Positions 41,375 through 55,700 of a stretch of DNA of 64,000 nucleotides are shown in pieces. Both the position numbers and the translations under genes were made by a program. The first letter of the stretch is position 1. Each line of letters begins with the position of its first letter. This DNA is from the human T2T-CHM13v2.0 reference genome, Homo sapiens. The notes beneath the pieces are model-generated. The model saw only the letters and a list, made by a program, of their open reading frames with translations, was not told the DNA's origin and searched no databases. Location: the NCBI RefSeq assembly GCF_009914755.1, contig NC_060926.1; one strand, written 5' to 3'.

Positions 41375-41720
41375 GTCCTTCAGTGATTCTCCATTACCAT
41401 CAAGAAAAAGCCCAAACCCCTTAGTACAAGATACAAATGTCTTCATGAGGTGACTCTCCTCTTCCTCTCCACACATTCCACACCCTTCCATTCTTAGGTC
41501 TCTGAACATGCCATGCTTTCAACACCTACTTCAGTCTCTTTGCACATACTCTTCTCTCTGCACAAATCCTTTCTCCCTCACCTCCCAACAGGGTGAATTC
41601 CCTTAAAATAGCTTAAGTGTTATCTTCATTTGGAAGCCTTTCCCGAACCCCACTGCCCATATTCCCTATGTTAGGTATCTCTTCCCCTTCTAAATATGAC
41701 TGTTAAGCTTATCACACAAT
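41375..41720 (+). mobile_element. L2 fragment
   Basis: ccttcagtgattctccatt...aagcccaaacccctta...ctctgaacatgccatgcttt...ctttgcacatact...ggaagccttttcccgaacccc. Confidence 0.7.
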
Positions 41721-41904
41721 ATTAAAAGATTATATACATAACATATATTATATATAAATATACATTATCTATATGATATAACACATATAAATACATATAT
41801 GTATGTATGTTGCCTTCACTGGATCAAAACTTCTGAGCAAGTTTTATTCATGCTTTAATAAGCAATACTATAGAATTGAATACCTGAAAGTAAAAATAAA
41901 ATAG

Positions 41905-42152
41905 TGGTAACTAATATTTATTGAGTGCTTAATAACTGTCAGACATCCTTCTGAGGCTTTAATTCATTTATTGTCATAACAATCTAATCAATACATAACT
42001 AACATTATTCCTATTTTACAGATAAAGAAACTGAGGCGGGGTACGTTTAGTAAACCGTCTAAGGTTACAAAGCTAGTAAATGACAAAGCCAGGGTTTGAT
42101 CCCAAGCACTCTGACTTCAAAATGCATGTTCTTCACCACTGTACTACAGCTA
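41905..42152 (-). mobile_element. MIR
   Basis: ctaatatttattgagtgctta...cctattttacagataaagaaactgaggc...aaggttacaaagctagtaaatgacaaagccagggtttgatcccaagcactctgacttcaaa. Confidence 0.88.
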
Positions 42153-42667
42153 CTTCATATGTATATATATGTATTTAAGTGTTTTTAAGTAAATAAGTAG
42201 GCATATATATAAAATTCAAGAGTATGTGTAATATATATATGTATATATGCATTTACTTGGGTATATACATGAAAAACATTGGCTTTTAAGAATGAACTCT
42301 AAACAGCAGTACAAAGTTACTTCAATGAATTAGAAGTTTTGACAAAAGACCATCTGCTGTCCTAGAAATTGTCTTCTTTTCCACTGACATATTATACTAT
42401 TCTAGTTAATAATTTATAAAACATAATATCAATGCACATAGACTTTAAATGCATTAAGTAGATATGCTTTGTATTGAGAATATGCACTTATTATGTACTA
42501 CTAGGTAGCTTAGTAAAAATTTGAAAATTTAGGTATAAGGTAATCATTACAAGATTAGTTCTGCAAAGTACTTTCGCATGTATAGACAATTACTGAATAA
42601 GTGTTTTATTCAGGAGAATAAAAATCTATATTTATAAATATATTAAAATATTTGTTTCTCAGTAACA

Positions 42668-42988
42668 TTTTATTTTTATTTATTTTTATTTATTTATTTT
42701 TAAGTTCTGAGGTACATGTGCAAGATGTGCAGGTTTGTTACATAGGTAAATGTGTGCCATGGTGGTTTGCTGCACCTATCAAACCATCACCTAGGTATTA
42801 AGCCCAGCATGCATTAGCTCTTTTCTCTAATGCTCTCCCCTATCCCCACCCTCCCCCAATAGGTCCCAGTGTGTGTTGTTCCCCTCCCTGTGTCCATGTG
42901 TTCTCATTGTTCAGCTCCCACTTATAAGCGAGAACATGCGGTGTTTGGTTTTCTGTTCCTACGTTAAGTTTCCTGAGGATAATGGCTA
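42668..42988 (-). mobile_element. Short L1PA (PA8-PA10-like) 3' end
   Basis: (TTTA)n tail then aagttctgaggtacatgtgcaagatgtgcaggtttgttacatagg...cagctcccacttataagcgagaacatgcggtgtttgg. Confidence 0.92.
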
Positions 42989-43029
42989 TTATTTTATACT
43001 CCAAAATTTTAAATTCAACATTTGTAATA

Positions 43030-43403
43030 CAATGGGTTCCCAAACATTGCCATATACTGGAATCACCTGAGGATCTTTTAAAAATCCTGATTCCTGAGGC
43101 CAGGCATGGGGCCACATGCCTGTAGTCGCAGCTACTTGGGAGGCTGAGTCAGGAGTATCCCTTGAGCCCAGGAGTTCAAAGCTGTAGTGAACTATGATCG
43201 CACCTGTGAATAGCCACTGCACTCTAGCCTGGACGATACAGTGAGACTTCATCTCTTACAAAAAAGAAAATACTGATGCTGACACCACCACCGCCCTCTT
43301 AACCAGACATTCTGATTTAATTAATGATGGGCTGAGTCATGAATATTAGGATTTTTTCAAAGCTTCCCAGATGATTCCAGTATGCAGCACAGATTGGGAA
43401 CCA
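43030..43403. mobile_element. MER5B-like hAT MITE interrupted by a FAM
   Basis: ggttcccaaac...ggaatcacctgaggatcttttaaaaatcctga [FAM] ...attctgatttaatt...aaagcttcccagatgattccagtatgcagc...ttgggaacca. Confidence 0.75.
43098..43266 (+). mobile_element. FAM (fossil Alu monomer)
   Basis: Monomer retaining the 7SL-derived gatcgcacctgtgaatagccactgcactc segment absent from dimeric Alus; degenerate TSD aaaatcctgattcctga / aaaatactgatgctga. Confidence 0.88.
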
Positions 43404-46400
43404 GAATTTTACTAAACTTTCCCTAAATTCACTCTGAAGTTTACAGGAATTTCTTCTATTATGACATTTAAAAGCAATCCTGACAAAAACATTATTTCAA
43501 GTGATCAGCAGCAGCAATGCCAGAAATCCACATGTAGTTTCTCATATCAGCTATATCACCTGGCTACTACATTCTTCAAATAGAATTCCTTTCCTCTTGG
43601 CTAATTCTCTTTACAGATAATACAAATCATTTCTTTACTAAATCATTTATTCAAGAACACAGACAAATTCACAACCTAATCACCAAACTTAATTAGGCAG
43701 AATTTTACTTCATTTTAATTAAGTATCCATTTTCATGTGCTTGAAACAGAAATGAATATAGCTTGGACGGGGAACAGGTTATTTATAAAAAGGGAGATTT
43801 AAATGAGGGTAAAAATACATGGAAAGACACACCTTGCACACCCTTCTCTACCTACTTGTCCATTTTAATCCCTGTTTATAATCTTAGGTATCGGCTCAAT
43901 TTAAAAGCAGTAAATAAGTAATACTAATGTTTATGCTGATGTGGAGATATGGAGATGTGGAGATTTTATATGAGAAGTCTTCGATGTTTTAAAGTCCTTG
44001 AGATTTGTGGGTTATTTTTTATTGCAGTGTAATCTACCCAATCTTTAAATTCTATATGTAAGTATGATTGTATATGTAAATATAATATCTATTTCAGAAA
44101 AAATACATCACATGTGTAAGTGAATTTTTTAGATTAAGAATTGGCATGTCCTACTCTATTCAAAGTGCATGTTCTTTACAATGTTTGTAAAACTATATGC
44201 AAGGTAAAACAGTGATGTCTGGTCTATCTATAATGCATGATGATCAAAGAGTTTTGTTTATCACATACTCATGCTGAGAATTCATTAAGCACTTTCACTA
44301 TTAAATTTGCAGAATGAGTTGTTGTCTCCACTTTACTGACACCATGAGTCACATTCATCAGTCTCCAACAGGATGATAAAAGACTGAATGATTCAATGAA
44401 AATGTTGATCATTATGGTTCAGTTATAACAAATGTGTGACTAAATCTGTACTCTCATAATACATCACATCAAACAGAAATTTTAGGGTGGAATGGTTCTT
44501 CAGGCTAAATAGTGAAGCACTTTGAAATCTAAATTCGTGTATTCTAGTTATTAACATAAACTCTGAAATAAATCCAGGCTTCATCTTCAGAAAACAATAA
44601 ATCTAAAAAATAAACTCAAAGATTGTTAGATATTAAAGAAACTGCCTGGATTAAAAAAAATAGAAATAACAGTGTTTCTCTTTAATCATCTGTATTTTGA
44701 AGTATTTTAAAGATAGAAGTGACACATTTTATACAGCTATACAATGTAATCACCAAAAGACTATATTGGGATGACTTTTTATTAAGAAATGTATGATACC
44801 TGTTACTGTCATTTATGGTGACAACTCTGTAATGTATTTATTGCTATGTTTATTTGTGTTAGTGTGAGTTAGAATTAGAGAGTAAAGAACAATAGTAAAC
44901 ATATTCTAGTGCACAAAATAATATAAGTGAAATTTCATTACGTACAAATCATCACAAATAAGTTGTTTTATTTTTGTAAAGAAACTATCATTCTGAAGAC
45001 AAATTTAAGCTAAAATATATGGAACATATGTATGTATAAATATGGATTTCTTTTCAGGAAATCATACGTTTTAGTGTCTCATTTAAGTTTTCTGTGTAGT
45101 TTGGAAAATCCTGAACGGCATTAAATATTTGTTTTTAAATTATGCATAAGGTTTATCTACAGCATGAAATGCATGTGTGTTCTCACTGAATAATATTCTC
45201 CTCTCATTTTCTCATCTAAGTCTAAGACTAACTTAAGGCAACAATTTTGTGAATGTTTTTCAAATAATAAAACAGTGGTATATATTCGCTTAAAAACAAA
45301 AACATGAAATATAAATATGTATTATAAATAGTTATATTACTTCCCCCTTCATACTTGTTTCATTTAAGATTATTTAAAATGCTGGTGAATTAAACTGCTT
45401 TTGTATTGACTATTCACCATGTAAGACTCTAACATGTACACAAACACACACATCTATTTTTATGTACACATATTCAGATAGTTTCTCAAAGATTATTTAC
45501 TGTTAATTTGTAGCCTCAAAATAATGAACTACAGCTACACTTTTTGATATATGACTTTTTAAAAACTAGGTAAGCAAAAGGTTTACAATTCTATTTACAC
45601 AATTTATATTTAGATAAATTAAAACATTTCAGTCTTAAAGGTATAATGTTAAAAAATTAATTTTAAGTAAAATGGCTTAAACTATTTCATTGTAGTAAAA
45701 TAAACACAGCTCAAGTTGAAGTAATACAATGTCTAAATAACTAGAAAACAAACAAAAATATCATTATTTATATTTTAAAAATAAATTAATTGATCAGATA
45801 TGGAGAATTCTGCACTTATACCTACTCTGTTGGTTTCAAAGTTACATTTTTCAGTGCCATAACCACGAAACAGGCTACAAGCAGTCCTTAAATGCCTCTT
45901 ATCAACTTCAGCTACATCATCTTAATAACTTTTTTCTACCCAGAGACCTCCTATAAGTTTTAGAAATTCCCATTATATTTGTAAAACCTAACCTAAAGTT
46001 AGAAAAAATATTTTAACATATAAGGAGACTACATCAAAATAATCAATACACGTAGATAAATATTTATGGTGATATCTATTCTGATGAACAAACACTGCTA
46101 CCAGGAAGGGGATGTGACAGCTTTTCTCCCTCCCTAGAATATGCGTCTACCTCTTCTCCCTCAGCTTGCCAATGCCAATTTTTAAAATCCTCTGATTTTG
46201 GATCATAGAGGAATAGAAAAGTTACTTGATTGGTGAGGATCTCGTGTTGGAGCTCTCAGAACTAAACACTTGTTTAAAGTGATTCTTCTCCCCTAGGTAG
46301 TTTTGTGATCTCTGTGGGGAAGTCAACAGTCTCTCTCTCCCTTGCACCTTTGGTTGAGATATTTCTTCCTGAAGTTCCCCTGACAAGGGTGAATGCAGCA

Positions 46401-46852
46401 GTCTTACTTAGTCCCTAATTATAGTATCTGCTATACTATACTATACTATGCTATACTATATTATAAAGTCACTTAGACCCTCCAGACCATCCTCTTAGAC
46501 AGGACCCAAGATAACACCATGCCAGTTCCTTCCTGTAGCCCACATCTGGTCTATGGGAAAGACTTCTTCTTCTTCTTAGATCAACTCTGGGAGTTCAACA
46601 CAGTTTTTCTCCAAAATAAAGGCAATTAGTTAGCTTCTTTCTCACATATCAGTCCACCATATCCTGCAAACCCTCTCTTTAATTTTCTTAAAGACATACT
46701 CATGGAAAGAATCATGCCCACACCCATTCCCTTCTTGAGGGTGTGAGAATAGAAATCAAAGCTTACAAGAATCTCACTTCATAAATCTTAAATCTCCCCC
46801 TCCATTTTGGTAAAGTATTTACCAACTTTGGTAAACTATTTTGTTCTCTCTG

Positions 46853-47257
46853 TGATATGGTTTGGATCTGTGTCCCCACCAAATCTCATGTTGAAAGGTA
46901 ATTTCCTGTGTTGGAGGTGGGGCCTGATGGCAGGTGTTTGGATAAGGACGGTGTTTCCCTCATGAATGGCTTAATGCCCTCCCTTTGGTAATGAGTGAGT
47001 TCTCTCAAGATCCTAAAGTATGTGGTACCTCCCCACGACTCCTTCTCTTTTGCTCCTGCTCTGGCCATATGACATGCCTATTCCTGCTTCACCCTCCGCC
47101 ATGAGTAAAAGCTCCCTGAGGCCTCTCCAGAAGCTGAGCAGATGCCAGTGCTATGCTTATACAGCCTGCAGAACTGTGAACCAATTAAACCTCTTTTCTT
47201 TATAAATTTCCCAGTCTCAGGTATTTCTTCACAGTAACTCAAGAACAGCCTAACACC
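46853..47257 (+). mobile_element. MSTA/MSTB MaLR solo LTR
   Basis: tgatatggtttggatctgtgtccccaccaaatctcatgttg...aagctccctgaggcctctccagaagctgagcagatgcc...cagcctgcagaactgtgaaccaattaaacctc. Confidence 0.92.
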
Positions 47258-47521
47258 AACATATCTTGGTTTGTTATTTCAAGTCAAGCATGATAGCCTT
47301 GTACCTTGGAATGAATTTCCTGTTGTCTTTAGATCTCAGCTGAGACTTCCATTCTAAATTACTCAATTATATATAAAATTTGAAGTGAGGACACTCTTGT
47401 CTCACAAAGTAGATTAAATGCATTTGTGTACAATGTTAGCATATTTAAAAACAAATTATAACATATTCATTCACTAATTACCCAAGTTTGCTAATCTACA
47501 TCAGCCTGATGAACAGAATAA

Positions 47522-48019
<498 letters not shown>

Positions 48020-48504
48020 TAAAATAACACAGAATGTTAAAATTTCTCCTCTGTTATATTTCATTTATTTAATTGGATAAGCCATTTTTAACCAAGTTTA
48101 ATTTAATTATGGTGATCATAATTAATAGTGATTGGAAGAATACAACTGTAAAACAGTTCTATGGTTTGTATACCTTATTTGTCTTATATGTGTTAATAGA
48201 AAACATCTCAGTAATTTCAAAACTAGTAATACGATATGGGAACAGTATGTTATAGCAGAAAGGGCCCTGGGCTTGAAATCATTATTCAGTTCATGTTTGT
48301 ATTCCTACTTCTCTTATAATTTGGACTATTTAATAGGTATTATCAAAATTATTTTAAAAAGTATTTATTTTTATATGACATGTACACACACATGTGCATT
48401 ATAAAAAGCCACACAATACTTCAATTATCTTCCACTGATGATATATTATCTATAGTGATTGTTACAGAAAAATAAATCTTCAAAATGATAAAACAAGAGT
48501 ACAG

Positions 48505-48675
48505 CCTACTCAAGTCATAGCTATAGAAATCAGGTATATTTACTTAATCTTCAGATTCTCAGTTTTATTCATCTGTGAAATAGTGATAAAATGCTGGTTT
48601 ACAACTTTCCAGAGTTATTGGGATCTCATGAGTTGACAGTAAATTGCCCCATTAAGTGGTACATATATAAAGTGG
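48505..48675 (+). mobile_element. MIR core
   Basis: ttacttaatcttcagattctcagttttattcatctgtgaaatagtgataa...cagagttattgggatc. Confidence 0.65.
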
Positions 48676-50523
48676 TTATACTGAACTCTTAAACATGCAC
48701 ACATGCACACAAACAAAAATATTCAAAAACAACTTTGCATATCTCATGGGAATTCATCTCTGAAAATACCTGACTGCTATTAAAAATCTTTTAAATTTCA
48801 ATAGTTACATGCCTTACCACTAAATAGCACCACTTAGAGTACTTTATATAGAGGAATGTTTTGTAAAACTTCTCAATTGGCAGATTCATTGCTCTATTAG
48901 TGAAAGGCTATAAAATTTATGTTTTCATTCTATATTCTTTTAACTAAGGACTTTTAAAAATCAAAATGATTTAATATTTGCAATTTAGCAGCCTGAATGC
49001 CTTTAGTCGGAAGAGGTGTCTTGCGTACCAGAAGTTCATCTACAATTTGAAAGGTGATCTTTCTCTAAGAATTCTGAAATGCTGTAATAACTTTATATGG
49101 CTCTGAACTGTTTCATTCTAAAATCTCAGGGCTTTTCTAATGTGACAGGCTTAACGAAATTCCAAGGCTCCAATCTTAGTATTTTAAGCTAAATTGATAA
49201 ATTGGACCCTTAACTTTAAAATTTCTAATCCTAATAAAAATATGAGGTTTAGCAATTCCTTCCTGGTCCTGCAATATGCAGAAATTATAAATGAGTACAG
49301 ACTTTCTTTATTTCCTAGCTTTCTTTCTGTTTCATATGAATCTAAACTAGAAAGCATATTGAATCGATTTAAACTGGAACCCACAGAAAGAAGCTGGCTA
49401 AAGACATGGAGGCTAACTCACAGTCTGTGACCAGACTGGTTTGTCTAATGATGTAGTTGTTGTCACAATAAATGGCTACACGCACAGATTTCTGTCTGGT
49501 TAGACATTTGGCTTGAAATAAACATTCAGAGAATTGAATCCAGACATCGACTTTAAGGCCAAAAGTTGCCTTAAACTCTGCCAACCTGATGCTAATTCAA
49601 CTAGGAGTAACATGCTTTTTTGTTTGTAACAAATGAGTCCTTGAATCTATTAAACTGAAACTGATGATGATTTCAGAAACATGTTTGATGAGGTCATAAT
49701 CTCATTGCAGTAGGTCTGGAACCTAATTTTCTTGTCAAACGTCACTTACGTACTTTGGTATCCTAGAAGTGAAAGGAATGATCCAAGAACTGGGAAAGGA
49801 AATACTTTGGGTCTGTAATTTGATTTATAAAAAAGGCCTGTTTAACCACTTACTTTGTGAATGCCTGTTTTACAAGTTTAGAGATTATTCCTTGTCTGAA
49901 ATTAGCTCTACTCCACCATCCTAAAGCCTTAAGAAAAGCAGATACTATTAGATTAGATACTTAGAAAAGAAAATACTATTAATGAAAAATAGTAGTGTAA
50001 CTAAAAATAATTTAAATAGGGCTCTGTTTGTGTGTGTCACTTATTTTGGCATGCTGTATACCTGTATTTGCAGATCTTTTATTCAATACAGTTAAAGGAA
50101 ATAGCATTTAGAAATCATTGGAAAATATTAGTAAATAAAGAACGTGACACATAAAGTTCTTTGGATGGAAGAAAAATATGCTAAACAAGAGACTTTTCCA
50201 AATTACTTGAAGACTAAAAGGACATATATGTATAACCAAGAATAAATGTATTTATTTAGAAGACATTGATATACTATAATATTTTATGACAAAATAAAGA
50301 GAAAATACTGAGTTAAATATGAAAATGAGTGTCTAGTTAAATATCACCACAATATTTTCTTAACTGAGTTTCTAATGCTATTTATAATTCTCCTCTTTAA
50401 AATAATTTACAAAGTGCTAGTTTTCTGTGTTGATATCCAAATGTGGAATGACTTTTTATTTGGAACATCCAACGAATAGAAAGTTTTATTTTTCCATTCA
50501 AATTATGATATCATTCATGGGTC

Positions 50524-50678
50524 CAGGGCAAGCTACAAAATTTGTGGAACTGAGTGCAAAATAAAAACATGAAGCCCCTTATTTCTTGAACTAAGAATTT
50601 CAAGACAGCAGCAACAAAGCACGAATCTCTTCTTAACACAGGGGCCTGTGTAATTACATACCCACAAAGCTAGCCATG
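50524..50678 (-). mobile_element. MER45A-like hAT-Tip100 MITE
   Basis: cagggcaagctacaaaatttgtgg...gtgcaaaataaaaacatg...taagaatttcaagacagcagcaacaaagca...ggggcctgtg resembles the MER45A reverse complement. Confidence 0.75.
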
Positions 50679-51977
50679 AATGGGACCATCAACAAAACTT
50701 TCTATTGACTCGCATTTGTATTGCTAGTGTGATTGAAGAGACATGAGAGGTAGTTACTAAAGCATCTTTCTGTACAAACTAAATCAACGGAAAGTTACCC
50801 TCCAAATGAGTCCACCCATACCTGTTTATCTGCCATATCCAAATGAACAAGCTGTTGAAAACATGGCAGCAAGGGCAAAAAGTAGAGGAATTAAGATACA
50901 CATCAAGCCCTGCAGCTTCCTGCCTTTGATAGAAATGTACAATAGTGTACTGTTTGCAACATCCTTTCATTCCTCTGCTAGAGAGTTCTGGCTCACACCC
51001 ACTGGAGCCTTGTGAAAAGATGCAACCCGTACTTAGGAAAGGGGTCAGACATGTTTGTTCATTTTCAATATCTTTTCTTTTTATATTAAAAAAATAGAAT
51101 AAAGATCTATAAACCTGAATTAAAACTCTTGAGTTTCAAACTGCCTCGTTCTTAAATCTTCAACCTCACATAATATATTCGTATAAAATACGAATAAAGT
51201 CCTTAAGACCATGACAAGATTAATTTAACTCATATATATTAATTTCATGAAACACCAAGTTCAACCCTTACATCATTATTAGCACTGCAGTACATTACTG
51301 ACATATATATGTAGTCTGGGGTCACTTCAGAAATTGGCAAAGGAAATTACTCCCTTAATGCAGTCTACAGGCACACCTCAGTAACAATGACACCTTTATC
51401 TTTCACTTATTGGCAAGTTTTATTCAGTGTTTCAAAGCTTGACTAATCCACAAGATAACATCAGCATATTTAAATCCTTAATCTGATCAAATCCAACTTT
51501 ATTTGGTAAATAAGGATGATTTTCACTTCCTTTCATCCAAACTCTCATGATAAGGGCTTTGATAAGATAGTATCATAAATTACTTTCCTACAGGGAATAT
51601 GTTTCTAAGAAAAAGTATACTACCTAAAGGAGAGGGAAAATGGATTTATACTTTAAAAGAAATTTTGAAAAATTAGCGTTCAAGATAGAAAGATCAAGAG
51701 ATGGGTTTTATCTTCCTAAGTTTTGAACTACATACTATCAGTCCAATTTGAAAGCTCATTTTAGTTTTACCTCGTACATCATCAGTTAAAGCAAATGGTA
51801 GATAAATATTTATTTTGTAATTTATTTTATACTTCTTAGTCATAAGTATTTGTGGCAGATGAAGCAATATCTATCAGTTTCTTAAAAGAAAAACAAGTCA
51901 AGATTGTCCACTTCTTCACTTATACTGTCTTAAATTAACAAGAACTAAATAGTGATCAGAAAGAGAAAAAGTAACTA

Positions 51978-52212
51978 CACATTGAGTATTCCTAATCCAA
52001 AAATCTAAAATCTGAAATGTTACAACATCCAAATTTTTTTGAGCGCTGACATTACACTAATAACAAATGCCCATTAAAGCATTTCAGTCTTTGGACTTTC
52101 AGATTAGGTATGGCAAACCACTAAAATTGTCTACTGACTCATTTTTACCAAAAAATCCCAAATCTAAAACACATCTTGTCCCAAGCATTTTGGATAAGGG
52201 ATATTCAACCTG
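51978..52212. mobile_element. Tigger4a (MER46A-type) MITE
   Basis: TIRs cacattgagtattcctaatccaaaa and ttttggataagggatattcaacctg; TA on both flanks. Confidence 0.88.
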
Positions 52213-52432
52213 TAATGTCAGTCTGAAGCATAACAATTAGCTTATGCAGCCAAGGCTAAGCTATATTAGAATCGTAATAGTTCTCAATGAAAACTATGAG
52301 CTCCTCAGTATCTTTGAAACCTGATAAACTACTTTATCAATTAGTACCTATGTACTATAACAGATCCTTCATAAGAAATAATTTGCTTTAATGACACAGA
52401 AATAAGTTACACTTTAAATCAGTATTCCTTTT

Positions 52433-52793
52433 CAGCTAACTATTAATATTTGTATTCTCTCAATATTCATATACTGAAGCTCTAACTCCCATGGGATAGT
52501 ATTAAGAGATGGGGCCTTTTAGAAATAATTAGGTTTAGATGCAGTCATAAGGGTGAAGCTCTCATGATGAAATTAATGCCTTTATAAAAAGAGAAAGAGG
52601 CACCAGAGCTTCCCTGTAAGGATACAACAAAAAGGCAGCCATCAGCAACTCAGGAAGAAGGCCCTTACAAATAACTGAATCTATTAACATCTTGGTCTTG
52701 GACTTTCCAGTCTTCTGAATTGTGAGAAATAACTGTATTGTTAGCCATTCGGTCTATGGTATTTTGATACAGCAGCCTGAGCAGACCAAGACA
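52433..52793 (+). mobile_element. MLT1A-type MaLR solo LTR
   Basis: attcatatactgaagctctaactccc...gatggggcctttt...catcttggtcttggactttccagtcttctgaattgtgagaaata...gtctatggtattttgatacagcagcctgagcagaccaagaca. Confidence 0.87.
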
Positions 52794-55700
52794 GTACTCC
52801 AGAAAAAATTTAGAAAGTATGCTGACAAATTCCCACCATATTAATACTAAGTAAAAATATCAATGGTATATGAAGAAATACTTATTAATATTGTAAAATC
52901 CAGTTCTTGGTAATTTCCAGTCTAATTCACTTAGTTAATAACATTTTCTAGTGTTTTCCATATTCAGCAAGTACAATATAATGCCTAAATATATCCTTTA
53001 GAGTAGTTTAAGGAGTATTGCTTAGAGTAATCCAAAATTGTGTGTTCTCCACCTGCTAAGAGTCTAAATTTTCACACTAGTTTTATTGTAATTTTCAATC
53101 AATAGAGTCTGCCTTGCTAAAATAAAATAAAATAAAATAAACATATATATATATATGTATATTTGAAGTCCATAAAATAAAATGCTTTAGTTCCCTTGAA
53201 TCATAAGAACCATTATAAAAACAAAAAAAATTAAGGAAAGAAATTAAATACACTTTTTGAAAATGCTAATTTACTAACTTGAGAAATGCTTCTTAACAAA
53301 AGTAATTGTGCCTCCCTAGATTGTCAATTAAATAACTATAATTAGAAAAATTTTCCTCTTTAAAAGGCATAAATGATTTACCACAAAATCTTCGTAATAA
53401 CAAATTTTAAACACTAGATTTTAATGTAAGGCAAGATGTATCTGGAAAATAGGTGTTTCTGAAGTGTTTTAACCATTCATTAGATCCCATTGACATGGTC
53501 CTACAGAGTTCATTTTACTATAATTAAGTTTATTAAATACTGAATTTCAATGCAAACATGAAAGCTTCAAAGAAGCAGAGCATTTAAGCTTTCCTTAAAA
53601 TGTATTTTCATACGTGTGAAAAGAGCCATACCCTATACTCTGCCTGTACTTTATTCATATTCGCACAGTATTTGCTAACTTCTTACTATGTATACAGTAC
53701 TCTTCCTTCATTTTTTTTTTTTTAACATTTCAGTTAAGGGCACATTCAAAATTCACTCTGTTTCTACCCCCAAATTGCTATAGAAAAACTGTTGAACTGA
53801 ACGTTCAAAATTAGTGTTTTTCAGACCAGACAGATAATGTGGTTTTCAAGTCAATCTACGAATGACACTACATGCTGTAACATGTAATCACTAGATTTGG
53901 AAGTGGGAGGCAAAGAGTTGCCTGCATTTGAAAGTAGTGAAGACAAACATATTAAATAGGAAAATTTGCAGACATCCATTAAATTGTGTATGTATGTGGG
54001 TTCCAATAGACTGACATTTTCAGAATCATACTAAACATGGAAATAAGCCAAAACAAAAGAGAGGGATTTGACTTTGAATGATTCTTCATCCTAAATTAGA
54101 CATACTACCTGTGTTAAGATACTATGTATGTGTGTGTTTGTATACATATACATATAAATGTATATGCATATATTTGCCTTTAATGCATATTATAATATGC
54201 CCTGTTTTCAAGAGTTCAATGTCATTAATGTAGTAATTTAATTGATTCACTTATTATTTTTACAATATTTCATTTAATAATCATTTTGAGGACTTACTGT
54301 TGTGAGGAATGAAATGTATTTCATTGGCTTTTATATATTTTATGTTTAAGACATCTGAATATATTAGGCAATCAATCCATACATAGAACTGAATTAACGT
54401 CCTATTCAATAGTTAATAGTATCCAAAATATTTTTTATGTCTGAGATTCTTTAAACCTTCTTGCATTGAAACACTGCTATCAGCTCTGGTAGATGATATT
54501 TTCTACTTTAAAATATAATCTCTACTTGTTTACACTATTTTCCTCAATGTATTTCTTAAATATCTTGTGCTATACTAAAATGAATTCATTCTAAGTGCAA
54601 AGTTATAAAAACTATGTTACTGCATACATTATGAAAACTGAAACATCTGCTAAGCTTTCATAAAAGGTGCTGAGAATATGACACATTCATGCCTTTCTTT
54701 AATACATAAATAGATCATTGTGATATGTATTTTCATTTTATAGCATTCATTCCTAAATCCAAATTTCAGCAATGTTATATACAATATTCACCAAAAGTAC
54801 AGCCAATTATGTCTTCTTATACATTAATATATTTCTGAAAACTGTTCCAAGAAGTAAATTCAAGACTGCACGATTTATTTTCCATTTAGGAGACTAATGT
54901 TAGGCATATAAGAAATGATATGCTATAGCCAGCCCACAGTTATGCTCAGGAATGGCCCCGCCATACAAATAAAATTGAAATCTTAGGTCACATACATTTA
55001 AAAATGTTTTTCTGTAGGTCAGATTCATTTATTTGAATTATTTTGAAACCATAATGTCTGCCTTATTTGGTCAGTTATTATACTTACCTCTTCAAAGTCA
55101 TGCATGTATTTTAATTATGAAAGAATGGGATCTGCCCAAGTTTTCCAAATCAAAAAATCAAAAGTTTGAATCATAAGCACACAGGCTTTTGTCTTTTCAG
55201 AAAAGGTTTTTGCTTGTTCGTTGTAACCATATCCTCTTATAGAAGTTTCTTTCTGCATCTGACTCAAAGGAACACTCTCACTATTCTGAGGTCCTGCTCT
55301 AGCCTTCCTAATGAACCATCCTCAGGCGTTATAAAGAATTTTGCAAGGTAACATTCAGACATCCTTCATGACATGCATCAAACTTATCATTTCTTGCTCA
55401 ATGGCTGTCTTTCCAGACAAATGAAGAGCATTATGAGGACAGAGGATGTTTTATTCTCAGCACACATCACAGTGCTTGGGTCAATAAATGTTTACTGAAA
55501 GAATGGCTAGATGAAAGCAATAATTGTATTGATAATGTTTTTGTTTTTAGGAATCTTTTGGTTTCTGCAAACTTGGAGATTTTACTCTGGACTGACACTT
55601 GTTTTCTAGAAGTTATAAATATGCCATATAATTGGACACATTTGTCTCCAGTTTGTGGTGATGTTTTTTATTTCCTATAGTCAGAAATGAAAATTTTTTA

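Noticed and set aside
46110-46770. Pyrimidine-rich, possibly LTR-like block
   Set aside because: Could not assign a family or termini by eye; needs a Dfam search.
49369-49584. 71-aa minus-strand ORF bounded by CAG| and |GTGAGT
   Set aside because: No pyrimidine tract at the acceptor and no recognisable protein similarity.
55082-55140. Strong minus-strand donor GAG|GTAAGTA
   Set aside because: No convincing nearby acceptor and stops in all three frames; isolated donors are expected by chance.
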